Positions 27,370-37,444 are shown, counted from the first letter of the stretch. The stretch: DNA of 64,000 nucleotides from an uncultured Gemmatimonadales bacterium (GCA_963825055.1 CAWGSK010000012.1:160001-224000), one strand, 5' to 3'. The notes: a model not told the origin generated them from the letters alone. Numbers and translations are program-made.

Positions 27370-29058
27370 ATGACTATCGCGCTCGCCCGGCGGTACCGTC
27401 CCCGCCGCTTCGCCGACCTGCTCGTCCAGGAACACGTCGCCGCCGTCCTCCGCGGAGCAGTGGCGCACGGCCGTGCCGCGCACGGCTACCTCCTCACTGG
27501 CCCCCGGGGCGTGGGGAAGACCACCGCCGCACGGATCCTTGCCATGGCGCTCAACTGCGAGCGCCGGGAGACCATGGATCCCCCCGGCGAGCCCTGCGGG
27601 GAGTGTGCCAGCTGCACCCGGATCTGGAGCGGAGCGGCGAACCTCGATGTCGTGGAGATCGACGCGGCCAGCAACCGCGGCGTGGACGACGCGCGCGAGC
27701 TTCGCGAGCGGGCGATGTACGCCGCGAGCCAGGAGGGCCACCACAAGGTCTACATCGTGGACGAGGCCCACATGCTCACCCGGGAGGCGTGGAACGCGCT
27801 CCTCAAGATCCTCGAGGAACCGCCCCCGGGCGTCGTGTTTGTCTTCGCCACGACCGAACCGCAGAAGATCGCCCAGGCTGCGGCCCCCGTCATGAGCCGC
27901 CTCCAGCGCTTCGACTTCCGTCGCATCGGCCCGGCGCCGATCCGCCAGCGGCTCCGCGAAGTGGTCGAAGCCGAGGGGATCGAGGCGGAGGATGATGCAC
28001 TGCTCCTCATCGCGCGGCAGGCGGACGGGGGCATGCGGGACGCGCTGTCAATCCTCGACCAGTGCCTCAGCTTCGGCGCTGAGCGCGTGACGGTCGAGGG
28101 AGTGCGCCAGGTACTGGGGATCGTGGACGATGAACTCTACGGCGAACTGCTGGGTATCGTAGCCGGCCACCGTGGGGCCGAGGCCTTTGCCCTGGTGGAC
28201 CGGGTGCTCGACGCCGGCGGCGACCTCGGCGAGTTCATGAACGGGGCGGGGGAAACGCTCCGCGCGCTCCTCATGCTCCAGGTCGGCGCCACGCCCGATA
28301 ACCTCACCGAGGGACTGCGCCGGGTGCTCGAGGAATTCCAGGACCGGCTCGCTCCCGGCGACGTGCTCCGAATGCTCAAGCTCCTCGCCGACGCGGAGAA
28401 CGGCGTACGTCGGAGCGCCAATCCCCGCCTCCAGGTCGAGACCCTGCTGCTGCGGTGGACGTTGATGGACCGCACGGTGGACCTCGAGACCGCGCTTCAG
28501 GGCCTCCCCGGGGCCGGGATTCCCTCTGGCCCGGCGGCGCGATCCGCCCCGTCCCGCGCCGCGAGGCCGGAGCCGCCCCCGTCGCGTGACGAGGGGCCGG
28601 GCACCCCCGCCGTAAGGCCGGAGAACAGCGTCTCGCCGCCGGCCTCCGGCCGCCCTGCCGGCACGACACCACTCACCCGGGAGGGACTGACGGATGCGTG
28701 GGCAGACATCGTGGCCGCGGTGAAGGCGGAGAGCCCGTTCCTGGGGGGCGTGGTGGGCGAGTCGGCGCCGGCACGCGTGGAGGGCGCCGAGGTGGCTCTC
28801 CTTCCCCCCGCCGGCAACCCGATGGCGGCGGAAACGCTGGAGCGGCAGCATGAGGTGGTCGAGGCTGTCCTGACCCGGGCTGTCGGCCGCCCCGTGACCG
28901 TGAAGGTCCTGATCGGAGAGGCCCGGGAGAGCCCGCCGAACCCTGCAAAACGCCTCAGCGACACCGGGGCGAGGGCTGAGCGCCTCAAGGCGGTCAGGAC
29001 CCGGGATCCGGCCCTCGATGCGGCGGCCGATGCGTTAGATTTAGAGATTGTGGATTGA
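27370..29058 (+). CDS. dnaX: DNA polymerase III subunit gamma/tau
   Basis: LARRYRP, GPRGVGKTT, CGECASC, EIDAASNRGVD, DEAHML, GGMRDALS. Confidence 0.96.
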   Translation: MTIALARRYRPRRFADLLVQEHVAAVLRGAVAHGRAAHGYLLTGPRGVGKTTAARILAMALNCERRETMDPPGEPCGECASCTRIWSGAANLDVVEIDAASNRGVDDARELRERAMYAASQEGHHKVYIVDEAHMLTREAWNALLKILEEPPPGVVFVFATTEPQKIAQAAAPVMSRLQRFDFRRIGPAPIRQRLREVVEAEGIEAEDDALLLIARQADGGMRDALSILDQCLSFGAERVTVEGVRQVLGIVDDELYGELLGIVAGHRGAEAFALVDRVLDAGGDLGEFMNGAGETLRALLMLQVGATPDNLTEGLRRVLEEFQDRLAPGDVLRMLKLLADAENGVRRSANPRLQVETLLLRWTLMDRTVDLETALQGLPGAGIPSGPAARSAPSRAARPEPPPSRDEGPGTPAVRPENSVSPPASGRPAGTTPLTREGLTDAWADIVAAVKAESPFLGGVVGESAPARVEGAEVALLPPAGNPMAAETLERQHEVVEAVLTRAVGRPVTVKVLIGEARESPPNPAKRLSDTGARAERLKAVRTRDPALDAAADALDLEIVD

Positions 29059-29083
29059 CCGGGGCCTGGGAGACGGCGCTGCG

Positions 29084-29112
29084 TTGCGGCCTGCCGGGCC
29101 ACGGCCTACTTT
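29084..29112 (+). promoter_or_regulatory. Sigma70-type promoter upstream of ybaB
   Basis: TTGCGG-N17-TACTTT, followed by AGGA SD and ATG 29141. Confidence 0.5.
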
Positions 29113-29140
29113 CAACTCAGTAAACGACTTACAGGAACAT

Positions 29141-29449
29141 ATGGCGGACCTGAAGCAGATTTTCCAGCTGAGCCAGCAGATGCAGGGGAAGCTGCAGCAG
29201 TTGCAGGCGGACCTTGGCAAGCGCACCCTCGAGGCCAGCGCTGGCGGGGGACTGGTACGGGTGACGGCCGATGGCAAGGGTATGGTCAAGCGCGTGGACA
29301 TCGACCCCGCAGTCTTCGCCGAGCATGATGCGGAGTTCCTTTCCGACCTGGTCCTCGCCGCGGTGGGAGAGGTCCAGCGCAAGGCGGCGGAGCTGCTCCA
29401 GGACGAGATGCGCAACGTGCAGCCGCTGCCATTCAATCTCCCGACCTGA
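29141..29449 (+). CDS. ybaB: YbaB/EbfC nucleoid-associated protein
   Basis: ASAGGGLVRVTADG, IDP, LSDLVLAA; located between dnaX and recR. Confidence 0.92.
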   Translation: MADLKQIFQLSQQMQGKLQQLQADLGKRTLEASAGGGLVRVTADGKGMVKRVDIDPAVFAEHDAEFLSDLVLAAVGEVQRKAAELLQDEMRNVQPLPFNLPT

Positions 29450-29452
29450 TCC

Positions 29453-30043
29453 GTGAGCGCCATCGAGACGCTCGTGACGGAGTTCGCGCGCCTCCCCGGC
29501 ATCGGCCGGAAGACGGCGCAGCGGCTCACCTATCACTTGCTGCAGCAGCCGCCGGAGCAGGTGGAGCGGCTGGCTCAGGCCCTGGGCGAGGTGGCCCGCA
29601 ACGTCCGGCCCTGCTCGAGTTGCGGTTCCCCGACCGAAGCGGACCCGTGTGCCTACTGCACCGATCCTCGCCGGGATGACTCGCAGATCTGCGTGGTGGA
29701 GGATCCCTCCGCCGTGGGAGCGGTCGAGGCCGCGACGGGCTTCCGTGGCCGGTATCACGTGCTCGGCGGGCGCCTCTCGCCGCTGGATGGCGTTGGCCCC
29801 GAGGCGCTGCGGCTGGACCAGCTGGTTGCGCGGGTGCGCGCCGGCGGCATCGAGGAGATCATCCTGGCCACCAACCCGTCCATGGAGGGTGAGGCCACCG
29901 CGACCTACATTCAGCAGATGTTGACCGGGACAGGGGCCCGCGTTACGCGGCTTGCCCGGGGCCTGCCGGTGGGTGGCGACCTCGAGTACGTCGACGGCGT
30001 GACGCTGGCCCACGCGCTTCTGGCCCGCCAGGAGGTCCGCTGA
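29453..30043 (+). CDS. recR: Recombination mediator RecR
   Basis: LPGIGRKTAQR, C4 Zn finger, YHVLGG, ATNPSMEGEAT, GGDLEYVD. Confidence 0.96.
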   Translation: MSAIETLVTEFARLPGIGRKTAQRLTYHLLQQPPEQVERLAQALGEVARNVRPCSSCGSPTEADPCAYCTDPRRDDSQICVVEDPSAVGAVEAATGFRGRYHVLGGRLSPLDGVGPEALRLDQLVARVRAGGIEEIILATNPSMEGEATATYIQQMLTGTGARVTRLARGLPVGGDLEYVDGVTLAHALLARQEVR

Positions 30044-30315
30044 TGGGGCGCCCCCGCGGCCCTGTGGTCGTGCTGGCGGCGGCACTGGGCCTTGCGGCCG
30101 GCTGGTTCTGGGGCCAGCGCCACCTTGGGCGCCACCGCAGCGATCTTTTCAGCCCCCGGCCACTTCGGCGCCTCTCGGCGCTCGGGTATCTGGCGGGGCA
30201 GGAGGGGATTGAAACGGTCCGGTTGTTGCAGGATTACCTCACCTGGGAACGGCAGCCGCTGCTCCGCCGCCGGGCGGAACGCATCGTCCGGCGTCTCGAG
30301 GCAACGCTCAGTTAA
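30043..30315 (+). CDS. Small membrane-anchored hypothetical protein (HEAT-like helices)
   Basis: TGATG overlap with recR, GGAGG SD, N-terminal TM helix. Confidence 0.7.
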   Translation: MGRPRGPVVVLAAALGLAAGWFWGQRHLGRHRSDLFSPRPLRRLSALGYLAGQEGIETVRLLQDYLTWERQPLLRRRAERIVRRLEATLS

Positions 30316-30327
30316 CCGGGGAGAGTG

Positions 30328-30816
30328 ATGTCGAAATCCTCCAGCTGGTCCATCCGCTCCGAGGATGCGGAACGGATTCAGGGTATCCTGAACGCGTTCC
30401 TGCGCGAGAGTAACGCGCGGACGGCGCTCATCGTGGACCGGACCGGCCAGATGATCACCGCAGCAGGTGAGCCGCCTACGTTCGACCCCACGGCGTTCGC
30501 CTCGCTGACGGCGGCCGACTTCAGCGCGAATGACCAGCTCGCGCGGATGATCGGCGAGCCGGAGTTCGGCGCGCTGTTCCACCAGGGCGAGCGGGAGTCA
30601 ATGTACCTGGCGGACATCGCACGACGCGTGATCCTCGTCGTCCTGTTCGACAACCGGGCGACGCTCGGCCTGGTGAAGCTGCGGGTGAAGTCGGCGGTCC
30701 GGGAGCTCAACGCGCTCTTCGACCTGCTGTTCAGCCAGGGCCCGGCGGCCGGACCGGCGATGGAATCCGGATTCCTCGGGGAGGCCGAGGACGAAATCGA
30801 CAAGCTCTTCGGATGA
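30328..30816 (+). CDS. mglB: Roadblock/LC7 protein, MglB-like GAP
   Basis: [31 protein letters not shown]; directly upstream of mglA. Confidence 0.88.
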   Translation: MSKSSSWSIRSEDAERIQGILNAFLRESNARTALIVDRTGQMITAAGEPPTFDPTAFASLTAADFSANDQLARMIGEPEFGALFHQGERESMYLADIARRVILVVLFDNRATLGLVKLRVKSAVRELNALFDLLFSQGPAAGPAMESGFLGEAEDEIDKLFG

Positions 30817-30832
30817 GGGGACGACACTTCGC

Positions 30833-31507
30833 ATGTCGATGATCAACCATGCCGCCCGCGAGATCAACTGCAAGCTGGTCTACTACGGGCCCGGCCTCGG
30901 CGGCAAGACGACCAATCTCGAGCACGTCTACGGAAAGGTCGCGCCGACCTCCCGCGGCAAGATGATTTCGCTCGCCACCGAAACGGAACGCACGCTCTTC
31001 TTCGATTTCCTCCCGGTTGACCTCGGCACCATCCGCGGGTTCAAGACCCGGTTCCACCTCTACACCGTTCCCGGCCAGGTGTACTACAACGCCTCACGGA
31101 AGCTGATCCTGAAGGGCGTGGACGGCGTGGTGTTCGTGGCCGACAGCCAGATCGAGCGGATGGAGGCGAACATCGAGTCGATGCAGAACCTCTACGACAA
31201 CATGGCCGAGCACGGGTATGACCTGCCGACCATGCCGTTCGTCGTCCAGTACAACAAGCGGGACCTGCCGAACGCCGCCCCGATCGCCGACCTCCAGGCG
31301 GCGCTCAACCCCGGGTGGCCGGTCACCGATCCAGTCCGCCAGCGATACAAGCCTGACCCGAATCGCGAGGGCGAGGCCCTCATCGAGCAGGATGGCGGGG
31401 ACTGGATCGAGCGCGCGCCGTACTTTGAGGCCGTCGCCCTCAGCGGGGATGGCGTGTTCGACACCCTCAAGGCGATCAGTAAGCTGGTACTGAAGAGCCT
31501 CGGCTAG
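30833..31507 (+). CDS. mglA: MglA-family small Ras-like GTPase
   Basis: [48 protein letters not shown]. Confidence 0.93.
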   Translation: MSMINHAAREINCKLVYYGPGLGGKTTNLEHVYGKVAPTSRGKMISLATETERTLFFDFLPVDLGTIRGFKTRFHLYTVPGQVYYNASRKLILKGVDGVVFVADSQIERMEANIESMQNLYDNMAEHGYDLPTMPFVVQYNKRDLPNAAPIADLQAALNPGWPVTDPVRQRYKPDPNREGEALIEQDGGDWIERAPYFEAVALSGDGVFDTLKAISKLVLKSLG

Positions 31508-31511
31508 CCCC

Positions 31512-32156
31512 ATGCGCACCTGGACCCTGCCGAACGTCATTACGGTGGTCCGGATTGCGCTGACGCCGGTCATCGCGCTGCTGCCGTTCATTGAGGGCTA
31601 CTGGCCGAAACTCATCGCGTTCGGCGTCTTCCTCATCGCCGCCTTCTCGGATGTTTACGACGGACACCTCGCCCGGAGCCGTGGCGAGGTGACCGACCTC
31701 GGCAAGATCCTGGACCCGCTCGCCGACAAGCTGCTGCTGCTGAGCACCCTGGTGCCCATCTACTGGATCAGCCGGACCCGCCACGACCTCTACAACATCC
31801 CGATCTGGGGCAGCATTCCGCTCTGGGTGTGCCTCCTCCTTCTCGGCCGCGAGCTGGCGATGACGATTTTCCGCTGGTGGGCCCGCCGCCGGGGTGTGAT
31901 CATCGCGGCCGGCAATGCCGGGAAGCTCAAGACCGTCATCCAGAACATTTTCATCGGCGCCACCATGGTGTGGTTCGCCTTCCGGGACGCGCGCCGGCCC
32001 CTCGGGTGGGAACACAGTCGGCTGGCCGACTACTGGAACGAGTTCCATGGGGGCTTCGTGGCCGTCACCCTTGCCATCGCCGCGGTCCTCACGGTCTACA
32101 GCTTCGTGCTCTACATCTACCGCTACCGTGCCCTCCTGACATCCCGGGAGCCCTGA
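31512..32156 (+). CDS. pgsA: CDP-alcohol phosphatidyltransferase (PgsA-like)
   Basis: LPNVITVVR, DVYDGHLAR, GKILDPLADK, GKLKT. Confidence 0.88.
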   Translation: MRTWTLPNVITVVRIALTPVIALLPFIEGYWPKLIAFGVFLIAAFSDVYDGHLARSRGEVTDLGKILDPLADKLLLLSTLVPIYWISRTRHDLYNIPIWGSIPLWVCLLLLGRELAMTIFRWWARRRGVIIAAGNAGKLKTVIQNIFIGATMVWFAFRDARRPLGWEHSRLADYWNEFHGGFVAVTLAIAAVLTVYSFVLYIYRYRALLTSREP

Positions 32157-32161
32157 GCGAC

Positions 32162-33403
32162 GTGCAGCTCGAACTCATCACCATCGGTACGGAACTTCTC
32201 CTCGGCTTTACCGTCGACACCAACAGCGCAGAAATCGCCCAGGCCCTCACGGCGTCCGGCATACGCGTCGTGCGGCGTACCACCGTCTCCGACGACCCGG
32301 CCGCGATCGAGGAAGTCGTGCGCGCCGCGCTCGACCGCACCGGCACGGTGCTCACGACCGGTGGACTCGGTCCCACCCGGGACGACATCACGAAGAAAGT
32401 CATCGCGGGAATCTTCGACGCGCCGCTCGAGTTCCAGGAGCCGCTCTGGGAGGCGCTGCTGGACCGATACCGCCGCCTCCAGCGCACGCCCGCCGAAAGC
32501 AACCGCACCCAGGCCGAGGTGCCTCGCGGCGCGACGGTGTTGACCAATCGCTGGGGCTCGGCCCCCGGACTCTGGCTCGAGGGCCCGCCGGGCCTGGTGA
32601 TCCTGCTGCCGGGCGTGCCGATGGAAATGCGCAAGCTCCTCCAGCATGAGGTGCTGCCACGGCTGTCAGAGCGCGCCGGCGGGCAGGTCATCCGCTCGCG
32701 CACGGTGCGCACGGTGGGTATCCCGGAGTCCACCCTGGCCGAGCGACTCGGTGACATCGAGGACGTGGTGTTTCCCCTGACGGTGGCCTACCTGCCCGGC
32801 CTGTCCGGCGTGGACGTGCGGATTACGGCCTGGAACCTGGAACCGGGGGAGGCGGACCGCCGCCTCGTCGAGGCCGTGGCCGCCGTGCGCTCACGCGCCG
32901 GGCGTGGGGTCTATGGCGAGGACGGTGATGACCTGGCGTCGCTGGTAATCGAGTCCGCCCGTGCCCGGGGCCGCACGCTGGCCGTCGCCGAATCGTGCAC
33001 CGGCGGGATGCTGGGCGGAGCCCTGACGCGCGTACCCGGTGCGTCTGCGGCATTCCTGGGCGGCGTGATCGCGTACGGCAATGCAGTGAAGGAGATACAA
33101 CTCGGGGTTCCCCGGGCTGTCCTGGAGGAGCAGGGGGCGGTCAGTGCGGAGTCGGCGGCGGCGATGGCCGAGGGGGTGCGCGAACGACTCGGCGCAGACC
33201 TGGCAATTGCCATCACCGGGGTGGCGGGGCCGGACGGCGGAACGGACGAGAAACCGGTGGGACTGGTCTGGTTCGGCCTTGCCGACTCCACCGGCACCCG
33301 GACGGAGCGTCGGCTGCTCTTCGGCGGCCGCGAGGCCATTCGAGCCCGGGCCCGGGACACGGCGCTCGAGCTCCTCCGCACCACCCTGGCCGGCGAGGCC
33401 TGA
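32162..33403 (+). CDS. cinA: Competence/damage-inducible protein A (MocF + PncC/NMN deamidase)
   Basis: IGTELLLG..VDTN, GGLGPTRDDIT, LPGVP, AESCTGG, TGVAGP. Confidence 0.93.
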   Translation: MQLELITIGTELLLGFTVDTNSAEIAQALTASGIRVVRRTTVSDDPAAIEEVVRAALDRTGTVLTTGGLGPTRDDITKKVIAGIFDAPLEFQEPLWEALLDRYRRLQRTPAESNRTQAEVPRGATVLTNRWGSAPGLWLEGPPGLVILLPGVPMEMRKLLQHEVLPRLSERAGGQVIRSRTVRTVGIPESTLAERLGDIEDVVFPLTVAYLPGLSGVDVRITAWNLEPGEADRRLVEAVAAVRSRAGRGVYGEDGDDLASLVIESARARGRTLAVAESCTGGMLGGALTRVPGASAAFLGGVIAYGNAVKEIQLGVPRAVLEEQGAVSAESAAAMAEGVRERLGADLAIAITGVAGPDGGTDEKPVGLVWFGLADSTGTRTERRLLFGGREAIRARARDTALELLRTTLAGEA

Positions 33404-33450
33404 CCCGGGCGGCTCCAGGCAGGGTCTCCTGTCGTTTTGGCTTTTCCTGA

Positions 33451-33466
33451 CGGCACCTCCCTTGCT
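33451..33466 (+). promoter_or_regulatory. Sigma54 (-24/-12) promoter upstream of grpE-dnaJ
   Basis: CGGCAC-CTCCC-TTGCT matches TGGCAC-N5-TTGCW with correct GG-N10-GC spacing. Confidence 0.65.
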
Positions 33467-33505
33467 ATTATCCAGCGGGACATGGTCACTGGACGAGGAG
33501 CAGAA

Positions 33506-34108
33506 GTGTCTGATAAGCATGGATTTACTGCCGATGACGAACGCCCCGCCGAAGTGCACGAGAAGGACGCACCGGTGAGGGCCGCCGATCCGGCAGGTCC
33601 GGAAGGGTCGGGTATCTCGGGGGTTCCCCTGGAGCCCACCGACAGCGCCCTCCACCGGCTGCAGGAGCAACTCGACGAATCCCGCGACCGGCATCTGCGC
33701 CTGGCCGCGGAATTTGACAACTTCCGCAAACGGGTCGCCCGTGAGCGGATAGAGCTGACCGACCGCGCACAGGCCGCCTTCGTGATGAAGATGCTGGAGG
33801 TGCTCGACGACCTCGACCGCCTGGTGGCCCAGGAGTCGAGTGCCATCTCTGCGGACGCGCTGCACGACGCGCTGGTCATGATCGACCGCAAGCTCCGCAA
33901 GGAACTTGAGGCCGCCGGTCTCGAGCCGATCGATCCCGCGGGAGAGCCATTCGATCCCGGCCAGCATGAGGCGGTCGCGGTGACGCCTACCAGCGAGGCC
34001 GGCCAGGACAACCTGGTGAGCGCGACGTTCCAGACCGGCTATCGCTTCAAGGGCTCGCTGATCCGGCCGGCACGGGTGCAGGTCTACTCCAGCGACCAGG
34101 GCGCCTAG
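33506..34108 (+). CDS. grpE: Nucleotide exchange factor GrpE
   Basis: RLAAEFDNFRKR, FDPGQHEAV, GYRFKGSLIRPARV; GAGGAG SD. Confidence 0.94.
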   Translation: MSDKHGFTADDERPAEVHEKDAPVRAADPAGPEGSGISGVPLEPTDSALHRLQEQLDESRDRHLRLAAEFDNFRKRVARERIELTDRAQAAFVMKMLEVLDDLDRLVAQESSAISADALHDALVMIDRKLRKELEAAGLEPIDPAGEPFDPGQHEAVAVTPTSEAGQDNLVSATFQTGYRFKGSLIRPARVQVYSSDQGA

Positions 34109-34111
34109 CCC

Positions 34112-35212
34112 GTGGCCTCACAGGATTTCTACCAGGTCCTGGGCATTCCGGATTCCGCCAGCGCCGCGGACATCAAGAAGGCGTACCGCAAGCTGGCCAA
34201 GCAGTACCACCCCGATGCCAACCCGGACAATCCGAAGGCCGCCGAGCGCTTCAAGACGATCTCCGAGGCGCATGCCGTCCTCTCGAACGCGGAGAAGCGC
34301 GCCAAGTATGACCGGATGCGCAAGCTCGGGGCGTTTGAGGGATTCGCGCGTGGCGGGGAGTCACGCGGCAACGCACGCGCGGAGCCCGAGGAGACGTTCG
34401 ACTTCGGCGATCTCGGCAACTTCGGGCTCGGGGACATATTCTCCAGCATTTTCGGGCGGGGACGGGGAGGCGGTCGCGAAGCGCCATCGAGGGGTGAGTC
34501 GCTCGAGGCCGTGGTGGAGGTTCCGTTCCGCATCGCGGCGCTCGGTGGCAAGGTGCCGGTGACGCTGCCGATCACCGAACACTGCCCCACCTGTCACGGC
34601 AGCGGGGCCGCGCCCGGTGCCACGCTGGCCACCTGCCCGGAGTGTCACGGAAGGGGCATCGTCTCCTTCGGCCAGGGCGGCTTTGCGGTCACCCGTCCCT
34701 GCCCGCAGTGCCGGGGGAAGGGTAAGATCCCGTCAGAGCCCTGTCCCACGTGTCACGGCGCCGGGGAGATCCGCACGGAGCGGCGGGTGATGATCACGGT
34801 ACCGCCAGCGACGGAGTCCGGCCAGAAGGTCCGCCTCAAAGGGCAGGGCGAGCCTGCCGGAGGCCCCGGCGGACAGCCGGGCGACCTGCTCGTGACGTTC
34901 CAGGTCGAGCCCGACCGGTTTTTCCGGCGCGACGGCCTCAACCTCGTCTGCGAAGTTCCGATCAATATGGTGCAGGCAGCGCTTGGCACGCGCATCCGGG
35001 TGCGCACGCTGACGGGCAGGAAGGTGGTGCTCCGCATCCCGCACGGCACGCAGTCCGGGCGGAAGTTCCGGATCAAGGGGTTCGGGCTGGAGAAGAACGG
35101 GCGGAAGGGCGATCAGCTGGTGCAGGTCAACGTGACGGTGCCGGAAGAGCTCGGGGTGGAACAGGAGACCCTGCTCAAGCAGTTCGCGGAGGCAGCAGAG
35201 ATACCTTACTGA
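34112..35212 (+). CDS. dnaJ: Molecular chaperone DnaJ
   Basis: J domain with HPD, G/F region, four CxxCxGxG motifs. Confidence 0.95.
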   Translation: MASQDFYQVLGIPDSASAADIKKAYRKLAKQYHPDANPDNPKAAERFKTISEAHAVLSNAEKRAKYDRMRKLGAFEGFARGGESRGNARAEPEETFDFGDLGNFGLGDIFSSIFGRGRGGGREAPSRGESLEAVVEVPFRIAALGGKVPVTLPITEHCPTCHGSGAAPGATLATCPECHGRGIVSFGQGGFAVTRPCPQCRGKGKIPSEPCPTCHGAGEIRTERRVMITVPPATESGQKVRLKGQGEPAGGPGGQPGDLLVTFQVEPDRFFRRDGLNLVCEVPINMVQAALGTRIRVRTLTGRKVVLRIPHGTQSGRKFRIKGFGLEKNGRKGDQLVQVNVTVPEELGVEQETLLKQFAEAAEIPY

Positions 35213-37371
35213 GGCTGGTCGGGCGCCTGCGGCGCGCAGGCACCTGAGGGTGATGCGGGCAGCTGGCGGTAGTACTCCATCAACATCTCATGGGTCGCAC
35301 GTTCCGACTGCCGGTCTGGAGGCTGGCGCTGCGCGTACTGCCCGTCGGCCTTGAGGTCCCACGCCTGACGGTTGTCCTCCCACATCACTTCCATGAGGTC
35401 CCGGATGAGCCGGCGGTGTTTCGCTTCCATGACCGGGGTGATCGCCTCGATGCGGCGGTCCAGGTTACGCGGCATCCAGTCCGCTGAGCCGAGGTAGACC
35501 TCTTCATCCCCGCCGTTGTGAAAATAGAAGGCCCGCGAGTGCTCCAGGAAACGTCCGACGATGCTGATGACCCGGATGTGGTCGCTGATCCCGGGCAGCC
35601 CTGGCCGGAGGCAGCAGATTCCGCGCACGATGAGGTCCACCGTGACGCCGGCCCGTGAGGCCTCGTACAATGCCGCGATGATCGCCGGGTCCACCAGCGA
35701 GTTCATCTTGGCGAAGATCCGCGCGGGGCGGCCGGCGACCGCGTGCTCCGCTTCGCGGCGGATCATCCCGAGGAACCGATCCCGCATGCCGTGCGGGGCG
35801 ACGATGAGCTTCCGGTACTCCCGCGGCGCGCCGAACCCGGTCAATACGTTGAAGAGGTCGGTGAGGTCGGCCCCCAGGTCCGGGTCGGCGCTGAAGAGGC
35901 CCAGGTCGGTATAGAGCCTGGCGGTCCGGGCGTTGTAGTTGCCGGTACCGATGTGGACGTAGCGCCGGATGGCGCCGTCTTCGCGCCGGACCACCAGCAG
36001 GGTCTTGGCGTGTGTCTTGAGGCCGGTGACGCCGTAGCTCACGTGGACGCCCAGGTCTTCGAGCCGCTGCGCCCAGACGATGTTGTTCTCCTCGTCGAAG
36101 CGGGCCTGGAGCTCGATCAGCACCGCCACCTGCTTCCCGCGCTCGGCGGCCTGCTCCATGAGGCGGGCCACCGCCGAATCACCGCCGGTCCGGTACAGCG
36201 TGAGCTTGATGGCCAGCACGTCCGGGTCCTCGACCGCTGCCTGGAGGAACCGCTCCACCGAGGTGGTGAAGCTCTCGTAGGGGTGATGAACCAGGACATC
36301 GCCTTCCCGGATCACCTCGAAGACGTTGCGTCCGCTGCAGAGCGACGGCTGATTCACCGGCAGAATGGGCGGGTCGCGCAGCTCCGGGACGTCGAGGGCG
36401 GCGATCTTCATCAATTCGGCCGTGTGCATCACGCCGTGGACCTCGTAGATGTCCTCCTCGGTCAGCCACGGCACCAGCGACTCGCTCTCCTCGGCAAACT
36501 CCGAGAGCAGGATTTCCCGCAGCCAGCCCGGCATCGACGGATGCACCTCCAGGCGGGTGACCTCGCCGAACCGTCGGTTGCGGACCTCCTCCTGGATCGT
36601 GTCCAGCAGGTCTTCCGCCTCGTCGTGGTCGATCTGGTACTCCGTGTTCCGCGTGATCCGGAACGTGTGCCACCCCAGGATCTCGACACCGGGGAACAGG
36701 GCCTCGAGGTTGCTCCCGATGACCTGCTCCAGGGGGACGAACTGGTATCCCTCCGGGAGTCGCACCCAGCGGTCCAGGATCTGGGGCACCTTGACCCGGG
36801 CGAACCGCTCCTCGCCGTCGTCACCGCGCAGGATGACGGCGATGGACACGGAGAGGTTCGAGATGTAGGGAAATGGATGCGCCGGGTCCACGGCGAGCGG
36901 GGTGAGCACCGGGAAGATGCGTTCGCGGAAGTAGCGGTCGAGCCAGGCGCGGTCCTCCAGCGTCACGTCATCCATGTTCATGAGGATGACGCCACTGCGG
37001 CGCAGGGCAGGGAGGACGTCGCCCGTCAGGCACTGGCCATGCTGCGCCTGGAGGTCCCGGACCTTGAGCGTGATGGCGCGCAACTGGCTCTCCGGCGTCA
37101 TGCCGTCGGCCGTGCGCTCCGCGTAGCCGACCGCCAGCTGCTGCTTGAGGCCCGCGACACGGACCTGGAAGAACTCGTCGAGGTTGGAGGAAAAGATGGC
37201 CAGGAACTTGAGGCGCTCGAGAAGCGGGGTCCGGGGGTCACGCGCCTCGTGCAGCACGCGCCCGTTGAACTCCAGCCACGACAGCTCGCGATTGATGTAG
37301 AGCGAGGGGTGGTGAAGGTCCGGGGCCCTGGGCGCGTCCGTCGGGGCCTGAAGGGGCTGCACGTCGGTCAT
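35206..37371 (-). CDS. ppk1: Polyphosphate kinase 1
   Basis: NRELSWLEFN, NLDEFFQVRV, HHPYESF, ARFDEENN, GTGNYN, GRFLEH, SADWM. Confidence 0.96.
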   Translation of the reverse strand: MTDVQPLQAPTDAPRAPDLHHPSLYINRELSWLEFNGRVLHEARDPRTPLLERLKFLAIFSSNLDEFFQVRVAGLKQQLAVGYAERTADGMTPESQLRAITLKVRDLQAQHGQCLTGDVLPALRRSGVILMNMDDVTLEDRAWLDRYFRERIFPVLTPLAVDPAHPFPYISNLSVSIAVILRGDDGEERFARVKVPQILDRWVRLPEGYQFVPLEQVIGSNLEALFPGVEILGWHTFRITRNTEYQIDHDEAEDLLDTIQEEVRNRRFGEVTRLEVHPSMPGWLREILLSEFAEESESLVPWLTEEDIYEVHGVMHTAELMKIAALDVPELRDPPILPVNQPSLCSGRNVFEVIREGDVLVHHPYESFTTSVERFLQAAVEDPDVLAIKLTLYRTGGDSAVARLMEQAAERGKQVAVLIELQARFDEENNIVWAQRLEDLGVHVSYGVTGLKTHAKTLLVVRREDGAIRRYVHIGTGNYNARTARLYTDLGLFSADPDLGADLTDLFNVLTGFGAPREYRKLIVAPHGMRDRFLGMIRREAEHAVAGRPARIFAKMNSLVDPAIIAALYEASRAGVTVDLIVRGICCLRPGLPGISDHIRVISIVGRFLEHSRAFYFHNGGDEEVYLGSADWMPRNLDRRIEAITPVMEAKHRRLIRDLMEVMWEDNRQAWDLKADGQYAQRQPPDRQSERATHEMLMEYYRQLPASPSGACAPQAPDQPQ

Positions 37372-37444
37372 GCAGGCAACCTAATCCCTCCCGGGAGGGA
37401 GGGAAAACGGCCCTGGTCATGTTGCCGGGAAAGCTTCGGTGCCG

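Noticed and set aside
27370..29058. Programmed frameshift or slippage in dnaX
   Set aside because: No A-AAA-AAG or long A/T run seen; single continuous ORF.
33484..33512. CIRCE-like CACT...AGTG before grpE
   Set aside because: Spacing is 14 nt instead of 11 and the flanks do not match TTAGCACTC-N9-GAGTGCTAA.
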